From Chitinophagaceae bacterium (GTDB lineage: Bacteria > Bacteroidota > Bacteroidia > Chitinophagales > Chitinophagaceae), in assembly GCA_014879565.1 (NCBI GenBank), contig JACSRW010000038.1, positions 1,759 to 65,758 on the forward strand: DNA of 64,000 bases. The letters run 5' to 3'. The notes beneath the pieces were generated by a model. The model was not told where the DNA came from and did no database searches. It worked only from the letters and a program-made list of their open reading frames with translations. The first letter of the stretch is position 1. The number at the start of each line of letters is the position of its first letter. Below, piece after piece: positions 49,158-59,145 of the stretch. The position numbers were made by a program, and so were the translations under genes.

Positions 49158-49913
49158 TCAGCCATTGACAGGTAACAGTTGTTCGCTGGTTTTTCCGAAG
49201 CGGCGTTCCCGTTGCTGAAAGTCCAGGATGGCTTCATACAGGTTTTCCTTCCGGAAATCGGGCCAGCGTACATTGGTAAAATACAGTTCCGCATAAGCGA
49301 GCTGGTACAAAAGAAAATTGCTGATCCGGTATTCCCCGCTGGTACGGATCATCAGTTCCGGGTCGGGAAACTCGCTGGTGCAGAGATAATGCTGCAGGGT
49401 ATCCTGGTCAATGGCTTCCACGGTCAGTTTGCCCTGTTTTACGGCATGGGCGATATTCTTCACGGCATTGAGCAGTTCCCAGCGGCCGCTGTAGCTGAGG
49501 GCCATCACGAGATTGAGTCCTGTATTATTTTTTGTGATCTCCAGCGCCTCATTCAGTTCGTTGCGGGCATAATCCGGCAGCATACTCATATCCCCGATCA
49601 CATGGAGGCGGATATTGTTTTTATTGAGGCTTTCCACTTCCTTGCGAATGGTGCTTACCAGGAGCTCCATCAGTCCCACCACTTCGTATTCAGGGCGGTC
49701 CCAGTTTTCGGTGGAAAAAGCATAGAGGGTCAGGTATTCAATGCCCAGTTCTGCACAGCCTTCCACGATATCGCGCACGCTTTCCACGCCATGGTAGTGG
49801 CCGAAAAGGCGGTCTTCCCCCTTTTCGCGGGCCCAGCGGCCGTTGCCATCCATAATGATGGCGATATGGCGCGGAAGGCGGCTTTTATCTATTTTTTCGT
49901 GCAAGGCGGACAT
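49158..49913 (-). CDS. uppS: Undecaprenyl diphosphate synthase
   Basis: IIMDGNGRWA, FSTENW and IRTSGE.RISNFLL motifs. Confidence 0.97.
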   Translation of the reverse strand: MSALHEKIDKSRLPRHIAIIMDGNGRWAREKGEDRLFGHYHGVESVRDIVEGCAELGIEYLTLYAFSTENWDRPEYEVVGLMELLVSTIRKEVESLNKNNIRLHVIGDMSMLPDYARNELNEALEITKNNTGLNLVMALSYSGRWELLNAVKNIAHAVKQGKLTVEAIDQDTLQHYLCTSEFPDPELMIRTSGEYRISNFLLYQLAYAELYFTNVRWPDFRKENLYEAILDFQQRERRFGKTSEQLLPVNG

Positions 49914-49990
49914 AAAAAACCCCCGGTTAAGGGGGCACAAAGGTAATTTCAATTTTCGGTATTCCTATGTTTTTTTAGGGCGCCCCGTTA

Positions 49991-50842
49991 TCAGTTGGAT
50001 GTGGGGCAGCGGTAGCTCTGGAGATTGAAACTCACATGGAACATAGCCGTTACAAACTGGTCTTTTTGTTTGCTGTAACCCCGCTGCAGGCCGTCTTTGG
50101 GGGTTTGGGGACCCAGTTCCCAGGAACGGTCGGACAGAAGCCGGGCAAGAGAGGGGCTGCCATCGGGATTATCCGGGAAAAAGGCCGGGTTGGGATAGGT
50201 TTTGCTGACATCATCCAGGTAATCGGTGTTGGTGAACCGGTGCAGGATTTCGAACCCGATATTGATTCTTGAATTAAGGGCATATTTCACGCCACCGCCG
50301 AAGGGAATGCTGAAGGCCATGGAGCCATATTGTTTCCGGTCGGGGTATTGGGAAAGGCCCTGGCCTTCTGTACCCAGCGGGCGGAGAAATATTTTTTCTC
50401 CCCGGAAATAGGCATAGGGATCATAGCTGAACACGCCCACTCCCAGGGTGATATAGGGCGTAAAACTGAAGCCGGGTTCACCCGGCATAAAACGGAAAAA
50501 GTTGAAATCACCCTGCAGACTGAGTTCCCAAACCCGGCTGTTGAAGCTCAGGTTACGCTGCTGCATCACTTCATTTTGGGTATTGTAAATATCTGAATAG
50601 CCGAGCTGGGCGAAGGAAGCTCCTACCCTGGCGGCGATATAATTCCCGAGATTTTTACGGAAAAAAATGGTGGCGGCCATTTTGGGGCGGTTGAGCCGGG
50701 CCCGGGTATTCAGGTCGCCGAAATAATGGCCAGCGCCGGCGCCAAATCCGAATTCACCTTCCTGCACCACCGCATCCTGGCCTTTTACAACGGAAAGGGA
50801 CAAAGAAAGCGCCAGCAGGAATACAGGTATGTTCTTTTTCAT
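49991..50842 (-). CDS. DUF6089/PorG-like outer-membrane beta-barrel protein
   Basis: G.G.YFGDL, FTNTDYLDDVS motifs; position upstream of uppS-bamA-skp as known for porG. Confidence 0.75.
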   Translation of the reverse strand: MKKNIPVFLLALSLSLSVVKGQDAVVQEGEFGFGAGAGHYFGDLNTRARLNRPKMAATIFFRKNLGNYIAARVGASFAQLGYSDIYNTQNEVMQQRNLSFNSRVWELSLQGDFNFFRFMPGEPGFSFTPYITLGVGVFSYDPYAYFRGEKIFLRPLGTEGQGLSQYPDRKQYGSMAFSIPFGGGVKYALNSRINIGFEILHRFTNTDYLDDVSKTYPNPAFFPDNPDGSPSLARLLSDRSWELGPQTPKDGLQRGYSKQKDQFVTAMFHVSFNLQSYRCPTSN

Positions 50843-50908
50843 AAATAAAGTTGGACGGGATTAACAGGAACGATAAAAGTAGCTATTTTCTTATAAACGG
50901 TTTCTTAA

Positions 50909-51787
50909 TTAATTCCTTTTATCGAGTCCCCAGGTGAGTTTATTGCGCAGGGTTTGCAGGAAATTATTTTCGCTGAGCCGGACCAGGTTAATCCCGAAAT
51001 TTTCTTTTTTCACGGCGAGGGTCACGTTTTTATGTACGATTTCGCGGCGGGAGTCGAGCGCACAGATAATCTTTTCGGTGCGGCTTTCCACTTCAAAGGA
51101 AATGATATTGGTATCGGGCACCACGATGGGCCTTACGTTCAGGTTATGGGGCGCTACCGGGGTGATCACAAAACTGCCGCTGTCGGGAAATACAACGGGG
51201 CCGTTGCAGCTGAGCGAATACCCGGTGGAACCCGTAGGCGTAGCCACGATCAGGCCATCGGCCCAGTAACTGTTCAGGAATTCGCCGTTGAGGTAGGTAT
51301 GGATCTTGATCATGGAGGCCACATCCTGTTTGTGAATGGAAAACTCATTCAGCGCATAGGGCGTGTCTCCGAAAAGAGGCATATCTGCTTCCACATGGAT
51401 GAGGGTACGGTGATCATTGACATAAGTGCGGCGGGCAATGGCTTTTAAGGCGGCCTGCACTTCATTGCGGCCGATGCTGGCCAGGAAACCGAGGCGGCCG
51501 AAATTGATCCCCATGATGGAAATCTTTTTATCCCGCACCAGGGTCACGGTATCGAGCAGGGTGCCGTCGCCCCCGAGGCTGATAATGAATTCGATTTCCG
51601 TATTCAGATCGCTGAATTCCCCGAAGGTCCCGAATCCGTCGGGAATGCGTATATGATCGCGAATCTGTTCGTAAAAGGAATGGAAAATCACCGGAATGAT
51701 CTGCTGTTTTCCGAGTTCATCAAAAAACAGCTGCACATCTTCCCTGTTCTCTTCTTCAAAGACCCGGCTGTAAATGGCTGCCTTCAT
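50909..51787 (-). CDS. nadK: NAD kinase
   Basis: GGDGT, GIN.GRLGFL, NE, DG.IVATPTGSTGYSLS motifs. Confidence 0.97.
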   Translation of the reverse strand: MKAAIYSRVFEEENREDVQLFFDELGKQQIIPVIFHSFYEQIRDHIRIPDGFGTFGEFSDLNTEIEFIISLGGDGTLLDTVTLVRDKKISIMGINFGRLGFLASIGRNEVQAALKAIARRTYVNDHRTLIHVEADMPLFGDTPYALNEFSIHKQDVASMIKIHTYLNGEFLNSYWADGLIVATPTGSTGYSLSCNGPVVFPDSGSFVITPVAPHNLNVRPIVVPDTNIISFEVESRTEKIICALDSRREIVHKNVTLAVKKENFGINLVRLSENNFLQTLRNKLTWGLDKRN

Positions 51788-51789
51788 AA

Positions 51790-53238
51790 TCAGAAAATAT
51801 TCCGTCGGTGTAAATATAGCCCGTTTTGCCCTAACTGGTTGAAGCTGTATTCCAGGCGGATGATCACATCATAGAGGGTGAGGATATCAATTCCTACTCC
51901 CGCTGAATGCAGCCAGCGGTTGCTGAGTATATTTTCGCCCGGGCGCGGATTGTGCACATATCCGCTGTTGCCGAAAACTTTTCCGAATATCCGGATAGGC
52001 ACATAATTCGTGGTCACTCCTTTCATGGGCAGGCGGAAACCAAAACTCAGCAGTTCGCGGGTGAAGCTGGCATTGAGGTAACCACCGGCCACGCCATCCA
52101 CCACATAATATTCATACCCCTGCATAAACGTGGTGCCATAGCCGAGAAAACGTTTATTGTAATACGGTTGCCGGAAGGGCAGTTTGAGACCGGCATAGGC
52201 GGAGAGGCCGAGAAAACTGCGGGGACTGAGGGCCCAGCTGCGGAGGCCTTTCAGGTTGAGCTGCCAGAGATTATTTTCCGCGTTCAGTCCTTTTTTAGAC
52301 AGCTGTACCTGCGCGGCAAAACCCTGTGTGGGATAGGGAATATAATCCACATCGTAGTAGACCATATTGTAATAAATCTCCGGGAAGCGGATGCGTTTGC
52401 GGCCGGCTTCAAAATACTGGGGATTGAGTTTTACGATGGTATCACCCACTTCTTCGCTGGTAAAGCCGATCCCGAAACTGTGCCGGGCCCGGATGGCGCG
52501 GCGGTAGGTGAGTTCGGCAAATGCATTGTAAAAATTACGGAGGAACTGGTTGTTTTCTTTCAGGAAAACCTGTTTATCGTTGATGGTATTGTAATTCAGC
52601 TCCCGGTTTTTGCCCAGGGAAAAGCCGGTCTTCATTCCCCATTTCATGGCTTTGTCCACATAGAGCCGGTCGTAACTGAATGATACCTGGCGGGTATAAC
52701 CCGACATCAGCCAGAGCCGGACCTTGTCGTTATGACCGGTGGCATTGTTAAAATGAAATTTCACTCCGTAATTCACGCGGCTTAAACTGGCTTTTTGTTC
52801 CACCAGCCACTGGTTGAGGTTGCGGTCCACCGGTTTCAGGTAGGGCATAGGAAAAAGATACCAGCGCTCGCGTACCTGTACGGTTATATCCACCACATAG
52901 CCCCTGAATCCTTTAGCGGCCACCAGTACATGGTGAAAGAGGGTGCTGTTCATCAGCTGGCGCCGGGCGTCTTCAAATTTTTTCACCAGTTCCTGCAGGG
53001 AATAGCTGTCGCCGGTATGCAGGGGTATTTCGCGGAGAATGATGGATGCTTTTGTTTTTTTATTGCCGCTGATATGAATTTCACCTACAATATATCTGGC
53101 CTGGGGAGGCAGCAGGCTGGTATCGGCTGTTTCGGGAAAAAGGGAAGCTTCCTGCGCGCAGAGCCTGCCACAGAAAAGTAAAAGGATAAATGCGGGATAA
53201 TATGTAAAAATCTTCCTCACCAACTGATGCCCGGTCAT
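51790..53238 (-). CDS. Omp85/TamA-like protein (POTRA plus beta-barrel)
   Basis: ISGNKKTK..IILRE POTRA motif, RERWYLFP.P, barrel strands. Confidence 0.8.
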   Translation of the reverse strand: MTGHQLVRKIFTYYPAFILLLFCGRLCAQEASLFPETADTSLLPPQARYIVGEIHISGNKKTKASIILREIPLHTGDSYSLQELVKKFEDARRQLMNSTLFHHVLVAAKGFRGYVVDITVQVRERWYLFPMPYLKPVDRNLNQWLVEQKASLSRVNYGVKFHFNNATGHNDKVRLWLMSGYTRQVSFSYDRLYVDKAMKWGMKTGFSLGKNRELNYNTINDKQVFLKENNQFLRNFYNAFAELTYRRAIRARHSFGIGFTSEEVGDTIVKLNPQYFEAGRKRIRFPEIYYNMVYYDVDYIPYPTQGFAAQVQLSKKGLNAENNLWQLNLKGLRSWALSPRSFLGLSAYAGLKLPFRQPYYNKRFLGYGTTFMQGYEYYVVDGVAGGYLNASFTRELLSFGFRLPMKGVTTNYVPIRIFGKVFGNSGYVHNPRPGENILSNRWLHSAGVGIDILTLYDVIIRLEYSFNQLGQNGLYLHRRNIF

Positions 53239-53278
53239 ACGTTTCGTGACCAGCCTGTAAAATAAAGGTTTAAATGCT

Positions 53279-53941
53279 TTAAATTTTCAGGTAGTTCATC
53301 AGGTTGTCGTAATTGCTTCTCAACTCGTTCGTATACAGTTCTTCGCCGGAGAAATATTTTACATTGTATTCATAACGCTGGAGACTGGCGAGTACATCCG
53401 ACACTTCAGGTTTATTGATCCGGATGGTGACCTGCATAAGGCGGGTTTCCGGGTCGGTGCTGGTATTGAGCTGGGTGATCTGGGCGTCGTTGGTTTCCAC
53501 GATTTTGCTGATCTCGTTAAAGGAGTACTGGTGGCTGTCTATTTCCAGTACAATGAGGGCCCCGGGGTCGTTGAGGCTCATAAAACCGGAGGCCTGTTTG
53601 ATCAGGTCGGTGTAGACCAGGGTGCTTACCAGTTCGCCGTCTTCATTCACTACAGGCACCACACTGAGACCGTTATCGGCGGCCAGTTGCACGGCTTTGA
53701 GAAAATGTTCGTTTTCCTTTACAGAGGGATTGGCAAATGACTGGCTGAGGGCGCTGATTTCGTCGTTATCATTATCGGCCTGGAGCAGGTCTTCCTCGCT
53801 GATCAGCGCAGTGTACTTATCCCCTTCCACGATGGGCAGGTGGGTAACGTGGTTATCGTTCATCAGTTGCAGAGCCTGCCAGACTTTATCGGTCAGGCGC
53901 AGGCTGGGCAGAGACTGGGATTCGAGTTCTCCGGTTAACAT
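53279..53941 (-). CDS. CBS-domain protein
   Basis: Tandem CBS repeats plus ACT-like C-terminus. Confidence 0.85.
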   Translation of the reverse strand: MLTGELESQSLPSLRLTDKVWQALQLMNDNHVTHLPIVEGDKYTALISEEDLLQADNDNDEISALSQSFANPSVKENEHFLKAVQLAADNGLSVVPVVNEDGELVSTLVYTDLIKQASGFMSLNDPGALIVLEIDSHQYSFNEISKIVETNDAQITQLNTSTDPETRLMQVTIRINKPEVSDVLASLQRYEYNVKYFSGEELYTNELRSNYDNLMNYLKI

Positions 53942-54003
53942 GGATAGCGGCGTTTAAATGGTCTGCCGCAACAGGCGGCAGGGTTCCTGCAAGACAGCGC
54001 GGA

Positions 54004-54780
54004 TCAGGCAACTGTTGCAGGCTCGTTCAGTTTTTTTAAGAACTTATGCAGGATGGCATTGAACTCATCCGGCACTTCCATCATCGGGGCATGCCCGCAT
54101 TTGTCTACAAAATACAGTTCGCTGTTCGGGATCAGTTTATTGAATTCCCGGCCAACAAAGGGCGGGGTGATGGTATCGTTATTGCCCCAGACCAGCAGGG
54201 TTGGCTGTTTGATCTGGTTCAGTTCCTCGCCCAGGTTATTACGGATAGCGCTTTTGGCCAGGGCGATGATCTTGATGGCCTTCAGGCGGTTATTGGTGAT
54301 ACTGTACACTTCATCCACCAGTTCCTTGGTAGCCACTTTGGGATCGTAGAAGGTCAGTTCCGTTTTTTTGCGGATATATTCATAATCCCCGCGTTTGGGA
54401 TAGCTGTCGCCCATCCCGTTTTCAAAGAGGCCGGAGCTGCCGGTAAGGATCAGGGATTTTACCCGTTCGGGATGTTTGAGGGTATGCACCAGGGCCACAT
54501 GGCCGCCGAGTGAATTGCCCAGCAGGTGAACGGCGTTCAGGTCCATGGCCTCGAGAAACTTGTGAACGAATTTGGCCAGTCCGCCTACGGACGTGTGCAG
54601 GATATCCATCTCCAGCAGGGGCAGCATGGGTACCACCACCCGGTTATGCTGGCGGAAATATTCGATGAGGCTTTTGAAATTACTGAGGGCACCAAAAAGT
54701 CCATGCAACAGCACCAGCGGTTCTCCGTTGCCTTCATCAATGTACCTGAACTTTTCGTGCTCTTTGATCGTGTAATCCAT
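54004..54780 (-). CDS. Alpha/beta-fold hydrolase
   Basis: LLHG, GNSLGG, WG.NDTITP and CGHAPM motifs. Confidence 0.92.
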   Translation of the reverse strand: MDYTIKEHEKFRYIDEGNGEPLVLLHGLFGALSNFKSLIEYFRQHNRVVVPMLPLLEMDILHTSVGGLAKFVHKFLEAMDLNAVHLLGNSLGGHVALVHTLKHPERVKSLILTGSSGLFENGMGDSYPKRGDYEYIRKKTELTFYDPKVATKELVDEVYSITNNRLKAIKIIALAKSAIRNNLGEELNQIKQPTLLVWGNNDTITPPFVGREFNKLIPNSELYFVDKCGHAPMMEVPDEFNAILHKFLKKLNEPATVA

Positions 54781-54960
54781 GGGCAGTCAATCTAAGCTTT
54801 ATGCTGGTTGCTAAAATAGTCGTTTTGCGGTAAAATACAGGTGTTTGTGCTACAAATCGGCCCTGATTTGGGCAAATATAGGGAGCTGCCCCCTTTTAAA
54901 CCGCATCCGTTCCAATGTACACTTTATTCTTAATGATACGGCAATATAAAAACCGCTTTT

Positions 54961-55503
54961 TCAGCGGGCCGGCATTTCTTTTCCGAGCTGATCAAAGAAA
55001 AGGGCCAGTTCCGCAAACATATCCCGGAACCAGGGAATCAGCCGGGCCAGGTTGTCTATTACCAGCGGGCCGATGGGCGCCACTGTTTCGTACAGGACTG
55101 ATTGCCTGATTGTTTCCGGGGATAGCCAGTGCATTTTTGCCGCGTAAAAAAGCAGGATGCTATACAAGACTGTATACAGGGCCAGGTATAAAATAATGCC
55201 CCCGAGTTTATTCAACCATCCGAGCATGACCACTTCCACCGCCTCTTCCAGGGCATTGGCCCCCAGTTTAACCAGGATCACCACCCCGGCAAATACCAGG
55301 AGAAAGGCGATAAAGGGCAGCCATTGCGGGGCAATATTGGTCTGTTCGCCCAGGTAACCGGCCACCAGTACGGAGAGCTTCAGCGCGGCGGCGAGTCCGA
55401 TCACCAGGGCTACAAAGGAAAAAAGCGCCACGATCAGTCCGCGCCGGAAACCTTTCACAACCGCAACCAGGAGCAGCAGGGCATAGAGGATATCAATGAT
55501 CAT
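54961..55503 (-). CDS. CvpA family protein
   Basis: GFRRGLI, WLNKLGG motifs; TM helices. Confidence 0.88.
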   Translation of the reverse strand: MIIDILYALLLLVAVVKGFRRGLIVALFSFVALVIGLAAALKLSVLVAGYLGEQTNIAPQWLPFIAFLLVFAGVVILVKLGANALEEAVEVVMLGWLNKLGGIILYLALYTVLYSILLFYAAKMHWLSPETIRQSVLYETVAPIGPLVIDNLARLIPWFRDMFAELALFFDQLGKEMPAR

Positions 55504-55560
55504 GACCGGTAAACGGGAATCATACCCGCGGATTTTATCCTTCCTGTTAAAAAAGCGCTG

Positions 55561-56013
55561 TTAAGAGGCCAGTAATTCTTTGACCAGGGCGGAAATGGTT
55601 TTGCCGTCTGCTTTCCCGGCCAGTTGTTTGGTGGCCACACCCATTACTTTCCCCATATCCGCCGGGGAAGAAGCCCCGGTGCTGCGGATGATTTCCTGTA
55701 CGATGGCTTTTACTTCATCGGGGCTCATCTGTTTGGGCAGAAATTTTTCAATCACCGCGATTTCTTCGGCTTCTTTCTGTGCCAGTTCGGGCCGGTTTTG
55801 CTGCTGAAAGATTTCCAGGGAATCTTTTCTGGTTTTCACCAGTTTCTGGAGGAGTTTAATTTCATCCTCTTCTTTCAGTTCCCCGCTGCCGCCTTCGGCA
55901 GTTTTAGCCAGCAGGATGGCGGCTTTCACGGCCCGCAGGCTGCGCAGGGCGGCTTCGTCCTTTGCGCGCATGGCGGTTTTCAGCTCATCCATAATTTTTT
56001 GTTCGAGGCTCAT
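55561..56013 (-). CDS. GatB/YqeY domain protein
   Basis: LKTAMRAKD, RKDS..IF and DMGKVMG..DGK motifs. Confidence 0.93.
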   Translation of the reverse strand: MSLEQKIMDELKTAMRAKDEAALRSLRAVKAAILLAKTAEGGSGELKEEDEIKLLQKLVKTRKDSLEIFQQQNRPELAQKEAEEIAVIEKFLPKQMSPDEVKAIVQEIIRSTGASSPADMGKVMGVATKQLAGKADGKTISALVKELLAS

Positions 56014-56031
56014 AGTAATTTTTTTAAATGA

Positions 56032-56382
56032 TCAGGAGGCTTTGTTTTCCTTCAGTTGTTTTTCCCTGAATTTTTCATAAAAACCACGGGCGAAGGTTTT
56101 CATTTCCTCCACCTGGTCGGCATAGCGGGTGGCCCGGCCATAAGTATCGGCCATGGTCATCAGGGTCTGGTAAAAGAAATCGGCCATTTCGTCCACCATC
56201 ATGTCTTTGGTCCAGAGATCAATCCGCAGGGCCGCTTTTTCCGCGCTGTCCCAGAAGGCCAGCATCATGGCTTTGGCTTTTTGCTGCTGCTCGGCGCCGG
56301 TATCGGTGGCGGCCCAGTTGATCGCGGAGGGAATACGGCTTTCGTCGGTTTCCACCTCAATGGAAATGGTTGATTTGTGCAT
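56032..56382 (-). CDS. gldC: Gliding motility protein GldC
   Basis: WD....ALRIDLWTKDM.VDEM..F..QTL motif. Confidence 0.93.
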   Translation of the reverse strand: MHKSTISIEVETDESRIPSAINWAATDTGAEQQQKAKAMMLAFWDSAEKAALRIDLWTKDMMVDEMADFFYQTLMTMADTYGRATRYADQVEEMKTFARGFYEKFREKQLKENKAS

Positions 56383-56413
56383 AATCGGAATTGTGCGGCA
56401 AATGTAACAGAAA

Positions 56414-57538
56414 TCAGCGGATGCAGGATTCCAGCTCTTTCATAAACTGTGTTGCGGCGTTCTCCCAGCTGAAAGCGCGGGCTCTCGCTGTTCCTTTTGC
56501 AATCAGGCCGGCGCGGAGGGATTCGTCTTTATAGAGCCGCATCATTTTTTCTGCTATAGAAGCCGGATCGGAGGGGTTAGCCAGCAGGGCGGCTCCGGCG
56601 GCGATTTCTTCCATGGCCGAATGTTCAGAACATATTACGGGTACTCCGGCCTGCATGGCTTCGGCTACCGGTAAACCGAATCCTTCAAAGAAGGAAGGAT
56701 ATACCAGGGCATAAGCCGCGCCGGTAAGGGCGGCCAGTTCTGCTTCGGGCAGGTAACCGGTGAGGATAACATCGCTGCGGTATTTATAAGTAGCCAGGCT
56801 TTCGGTAAAGGATGCGTATTGCCAGGCGAGGCGGCCCGCGATGACGAGCCGCAGGGAAGATTGCTGTCTTTTTTTAAAGAGCGAAAAGGCTTTCAGCAGG
56901 CCCATCAGGTTTTTGCGCGGGTGGACAGAACCGGTATAGAGGAAATATTCCTTTCCGCCGGTATATTTCTCCTTTACCGTTTGTTTTGTTTCCCAGTCAA
57001 GCGGTCTGAATTCAGGGCGTATCCCATTATACAGAACCGTGGTTTTATCTGCAGCAAATGGAAAATGCCGGACTATATCTTTTCTGGAAAATTCAGATAC
57101 AGTGAGCACCCGGTCAGCTGTACGGATGAACTGCGGGATAAAGCGTTTGTAAAAAGCGCGCTGGGTGCGGTTGATGCCGGCGGGGTAATGGAGATAAGCC
57201 AGGTCGTGGAGTACGAGACATTGCGGAACGGGGCAGCGCAGGGAGGCGAAGCCGTCGCAGGATACAAAGAGATCCGCTTTGTATTTTTTCAGCAGCCAGG
57301 GAATACGGATATCGTACCAGAATTTCCAGAGCAGCGGGTGGCGGGCCGGGGGGCCGGCCACCACCGGTGTAATGTTTTTACTGTAGATAAAACGCGCACC
57401 GAGGGGCTGATCGGAAATAAAAATAAATTCATGACCGGGGTTATTCACGGTGATTCTCCGGAAGAGTTCGTGGATAAAATACCCGTACCCTTCAAGGTAA
57501 TCCTTTCGCAGGAAGCGTGTATTTACGGCAATACGCAT
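56414..57538 (-). CDS. Glycosyltransferase family 4
   Basis: MRIAVNTRFL start, HPRKNL and EGFGLPVAEAM motifs. Confidence 0.93.
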   Translation of the reverse strand: MRIAVNTRFLRKDYLEGYGYFIHELFRRITVNNPGHEFIFISDQPLGARFIYSKNITPVVAGPPARHPLLWKFWYDIRIPWLLKKYKADLFVSCDGFASLRCPVPQCLVLHDLAYLHYPAGINRTQRAFYKRFIPQFIRTADRVLTVSEFSRKDIVRHFPFAADKTTVLYNGIRPEFRPLDWETKQTVKEKYTGGKEYFLYTGSVHPRKNLMGLLKAFSLFKKRQQSSLRLVIAGRLAWQYASFTESLATYKYRSDVILTGYLPEAELAALTGAAYALVYPSFFEGFGLPVAEAMQAGVPVICSEHSAMEEIAAGAALLANPSDPASIAEKMMRLYKDESLRAGLIAKGTARARAFSWENAATQFMKELESCIR

Positions 57539-57777
57539 GCGGAGAGGCAAAGGTACAGGCTGGCGCAAACAAAAGCCGTAAAAAAACGAAGGACAAGAAC
57601 GTTCCGTACCCGAAGATCAGCGCGGGCAGGAGTATCTTTTTCCGCACGCAAAATTGCTGTGGATATTCATTATTTACTTTTTTCAAAACAGGGTGGATTC
57701 ACCATTGCGGCAGCTGCTGTCTGTTATTATTTTTACAACTGAGAGAAAGTATTGCGTAGTTACCAAAACTCCGACCT

Positions 57778-58971
57778 ATGAAACAGACGTTTACCCGTTG
57801 CCTGCTGTTTTTATTCTTTGCCATTATCACCAAAAACTCCGGCGCCCAGATACCCTGTCCCTATAATTTTGCCCCCGGCAGTACCGTATATGACACCACC
57901 ATCAATACACCTGCCGGTATCAATACCCTCCAGGTAAAAGTGCCGCAGGTGGATCCGCTGACGGGTATGGTAACCTGTCTGCGAGTTTGTGTTTCTATTA
58001 CCGGTGTGGTGGATTCGGTGAGTGTGGAAAATAATTCCGCTTCGCCGCAAACTGCCGATGTGTATTATATCCGTACCGACCAGATCTCGGGACCGGGTTT
58101 ATCTTCTCCGCTCACCAACAGTGTCAATCATCATTACGGGCCCTATAGTCTCGGGGCCACCAATGGCATCATGGGTTCGGGGCCTGATTTTATTGCCATC
58201 AGCCGCGATACGGTGCTCAACGCGGTGCAGGTTTGCCAGACGGTAACCAACCTGGATTCTTTATTTCAGTTTTACGGGCACGACAGCATTACGTACACCT
58301 ATAATATCATGGCTTTTACCAATGTAACCTGTACGGGCGGTAACTATAACAGTACGGTGGCCACATCGGCCATAGTGCGTTTCCGGTTTGAGTACTGCAC
58401 CTGTCCGGGTTATGTGCTGCCCTTGCAGCTGCGCAATTTTGAGGTGAGTAAAGTGGCGGAAAACAAGGCCCTGCTGAGCTGGCAGGGATTTGGCGGCGCG
58501 GAAGCTCCTTATTATTATATCCCCGAGATCAGCCGGAACGGAAAGGATTTCAGGGCCATTGGCCGGGTGGACCGGAATACCGGGGAGAATGATCAGTACC
58601 GTTTCAATTATGTAACCGGGCCCTCTGAGAGCGGAGATTTCTTCTTCCGTATCCGTCAGGTATATGCCAATGGTTACAGCCGGATGAGCGAAGTGCGGAA
58701 AATTACGTTAAAAAATTCCCTGCTGCCCCGGTTTATTATCAGTCCCAACCCTTCTACCGGGGTGGTTGGTATCAAATTTGATAATTATGAAGGCGGGAAA
58801 CTCAGACTGGAAATCTTCAATGGACAGGGACAGTCCGTTGTACGTAAAGATATGTTGCTGGCCGGTGCTTCGTACCAGCAGGTGGCGACCCTGCAAGGCG
58901 GTATATACTGGGTAAAGCTGACGGACCTCAGCAGTCAGTTATCGTCTGTAAGTCAGGTAGTCATCAAATGA
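57778..58971 (+). CDS. T9SS type-A cargo protein with choice-of-anchor-E-like N-terminal domain
   Basis: Signal peptide, LPLQLRNF linker, FRIRQV...YSR.S, ISPNPSTG...YWVKL..VVIK CTD. Confidence 0.85.
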   Translation: MKQTFTRCLLFLFFAIITKNSGAQIPCPYNFAPGSTVYDTTINTPAGINTLQVKVPQVDPLTGMVTCLRVCVSITGVVDSVSVENNSASPQTADVYYIRTDQISGPGLSSPLTNSVNHHYGPYSLGATNGIMGSGPDFIAISRDTVLNAVQVCQTVTNLDSLFQFYGHDSITYTYNIMAFTNVTCTGGNYNSTVATSAIVRFRFEYCTCPGYVLPLQLRNFEVSKVAENKALLSWQGFGGAEAPYYYIPEISRNGKDFRAIGRVDRNTGENDQYRFNYVTGPSESGDFFFRIRQVYANGYSRMSEVRKITLKNSLLPRFIISPNPSTGVVGIKFDNYEGGKLRLEIFNGQGQSVVRKDMLLAGASYQQVATLQGGIYWVKLTDLSSQLSSVSQVVIK

Positions 58972-59003
58972 CCTCTTAGGTGGAAGAGGATGGTGGCTTG
59001 TAA

Positions 59004-59030
59004 AAAGGGGCCTTGGTTCGGGGCCCCTTT
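59004..59030 (+). terminator. Intrinsic terminator
   Basis: AAAGGGGCC/GGCCCCTTT followed by ATTTTTT. Confidence 0.75.
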
Positions 59031-59055
59031 ATTTTTTGGTTGAGAGGTTGCTTTG

Positions 59056-59082
59056 CCCGCCGTAGCTTTTAGCGAAGGCGGG
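59056..59082. repeat. REP-like imperfect palindrome CCCGCC-GTAGCTTTTAGCGAA-GGCGGG in octamer context
   Basis: Flanked by GTTGAGAGGTTG and GAGGGGTT. Confidence 0.65.
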
Positions 59083-59145
59083 AGGGGTTTTTGGGTCTAA
59101 TTTCCTATTTTTGACGCCTACAACTGACTTCACGAATAATTTTCC

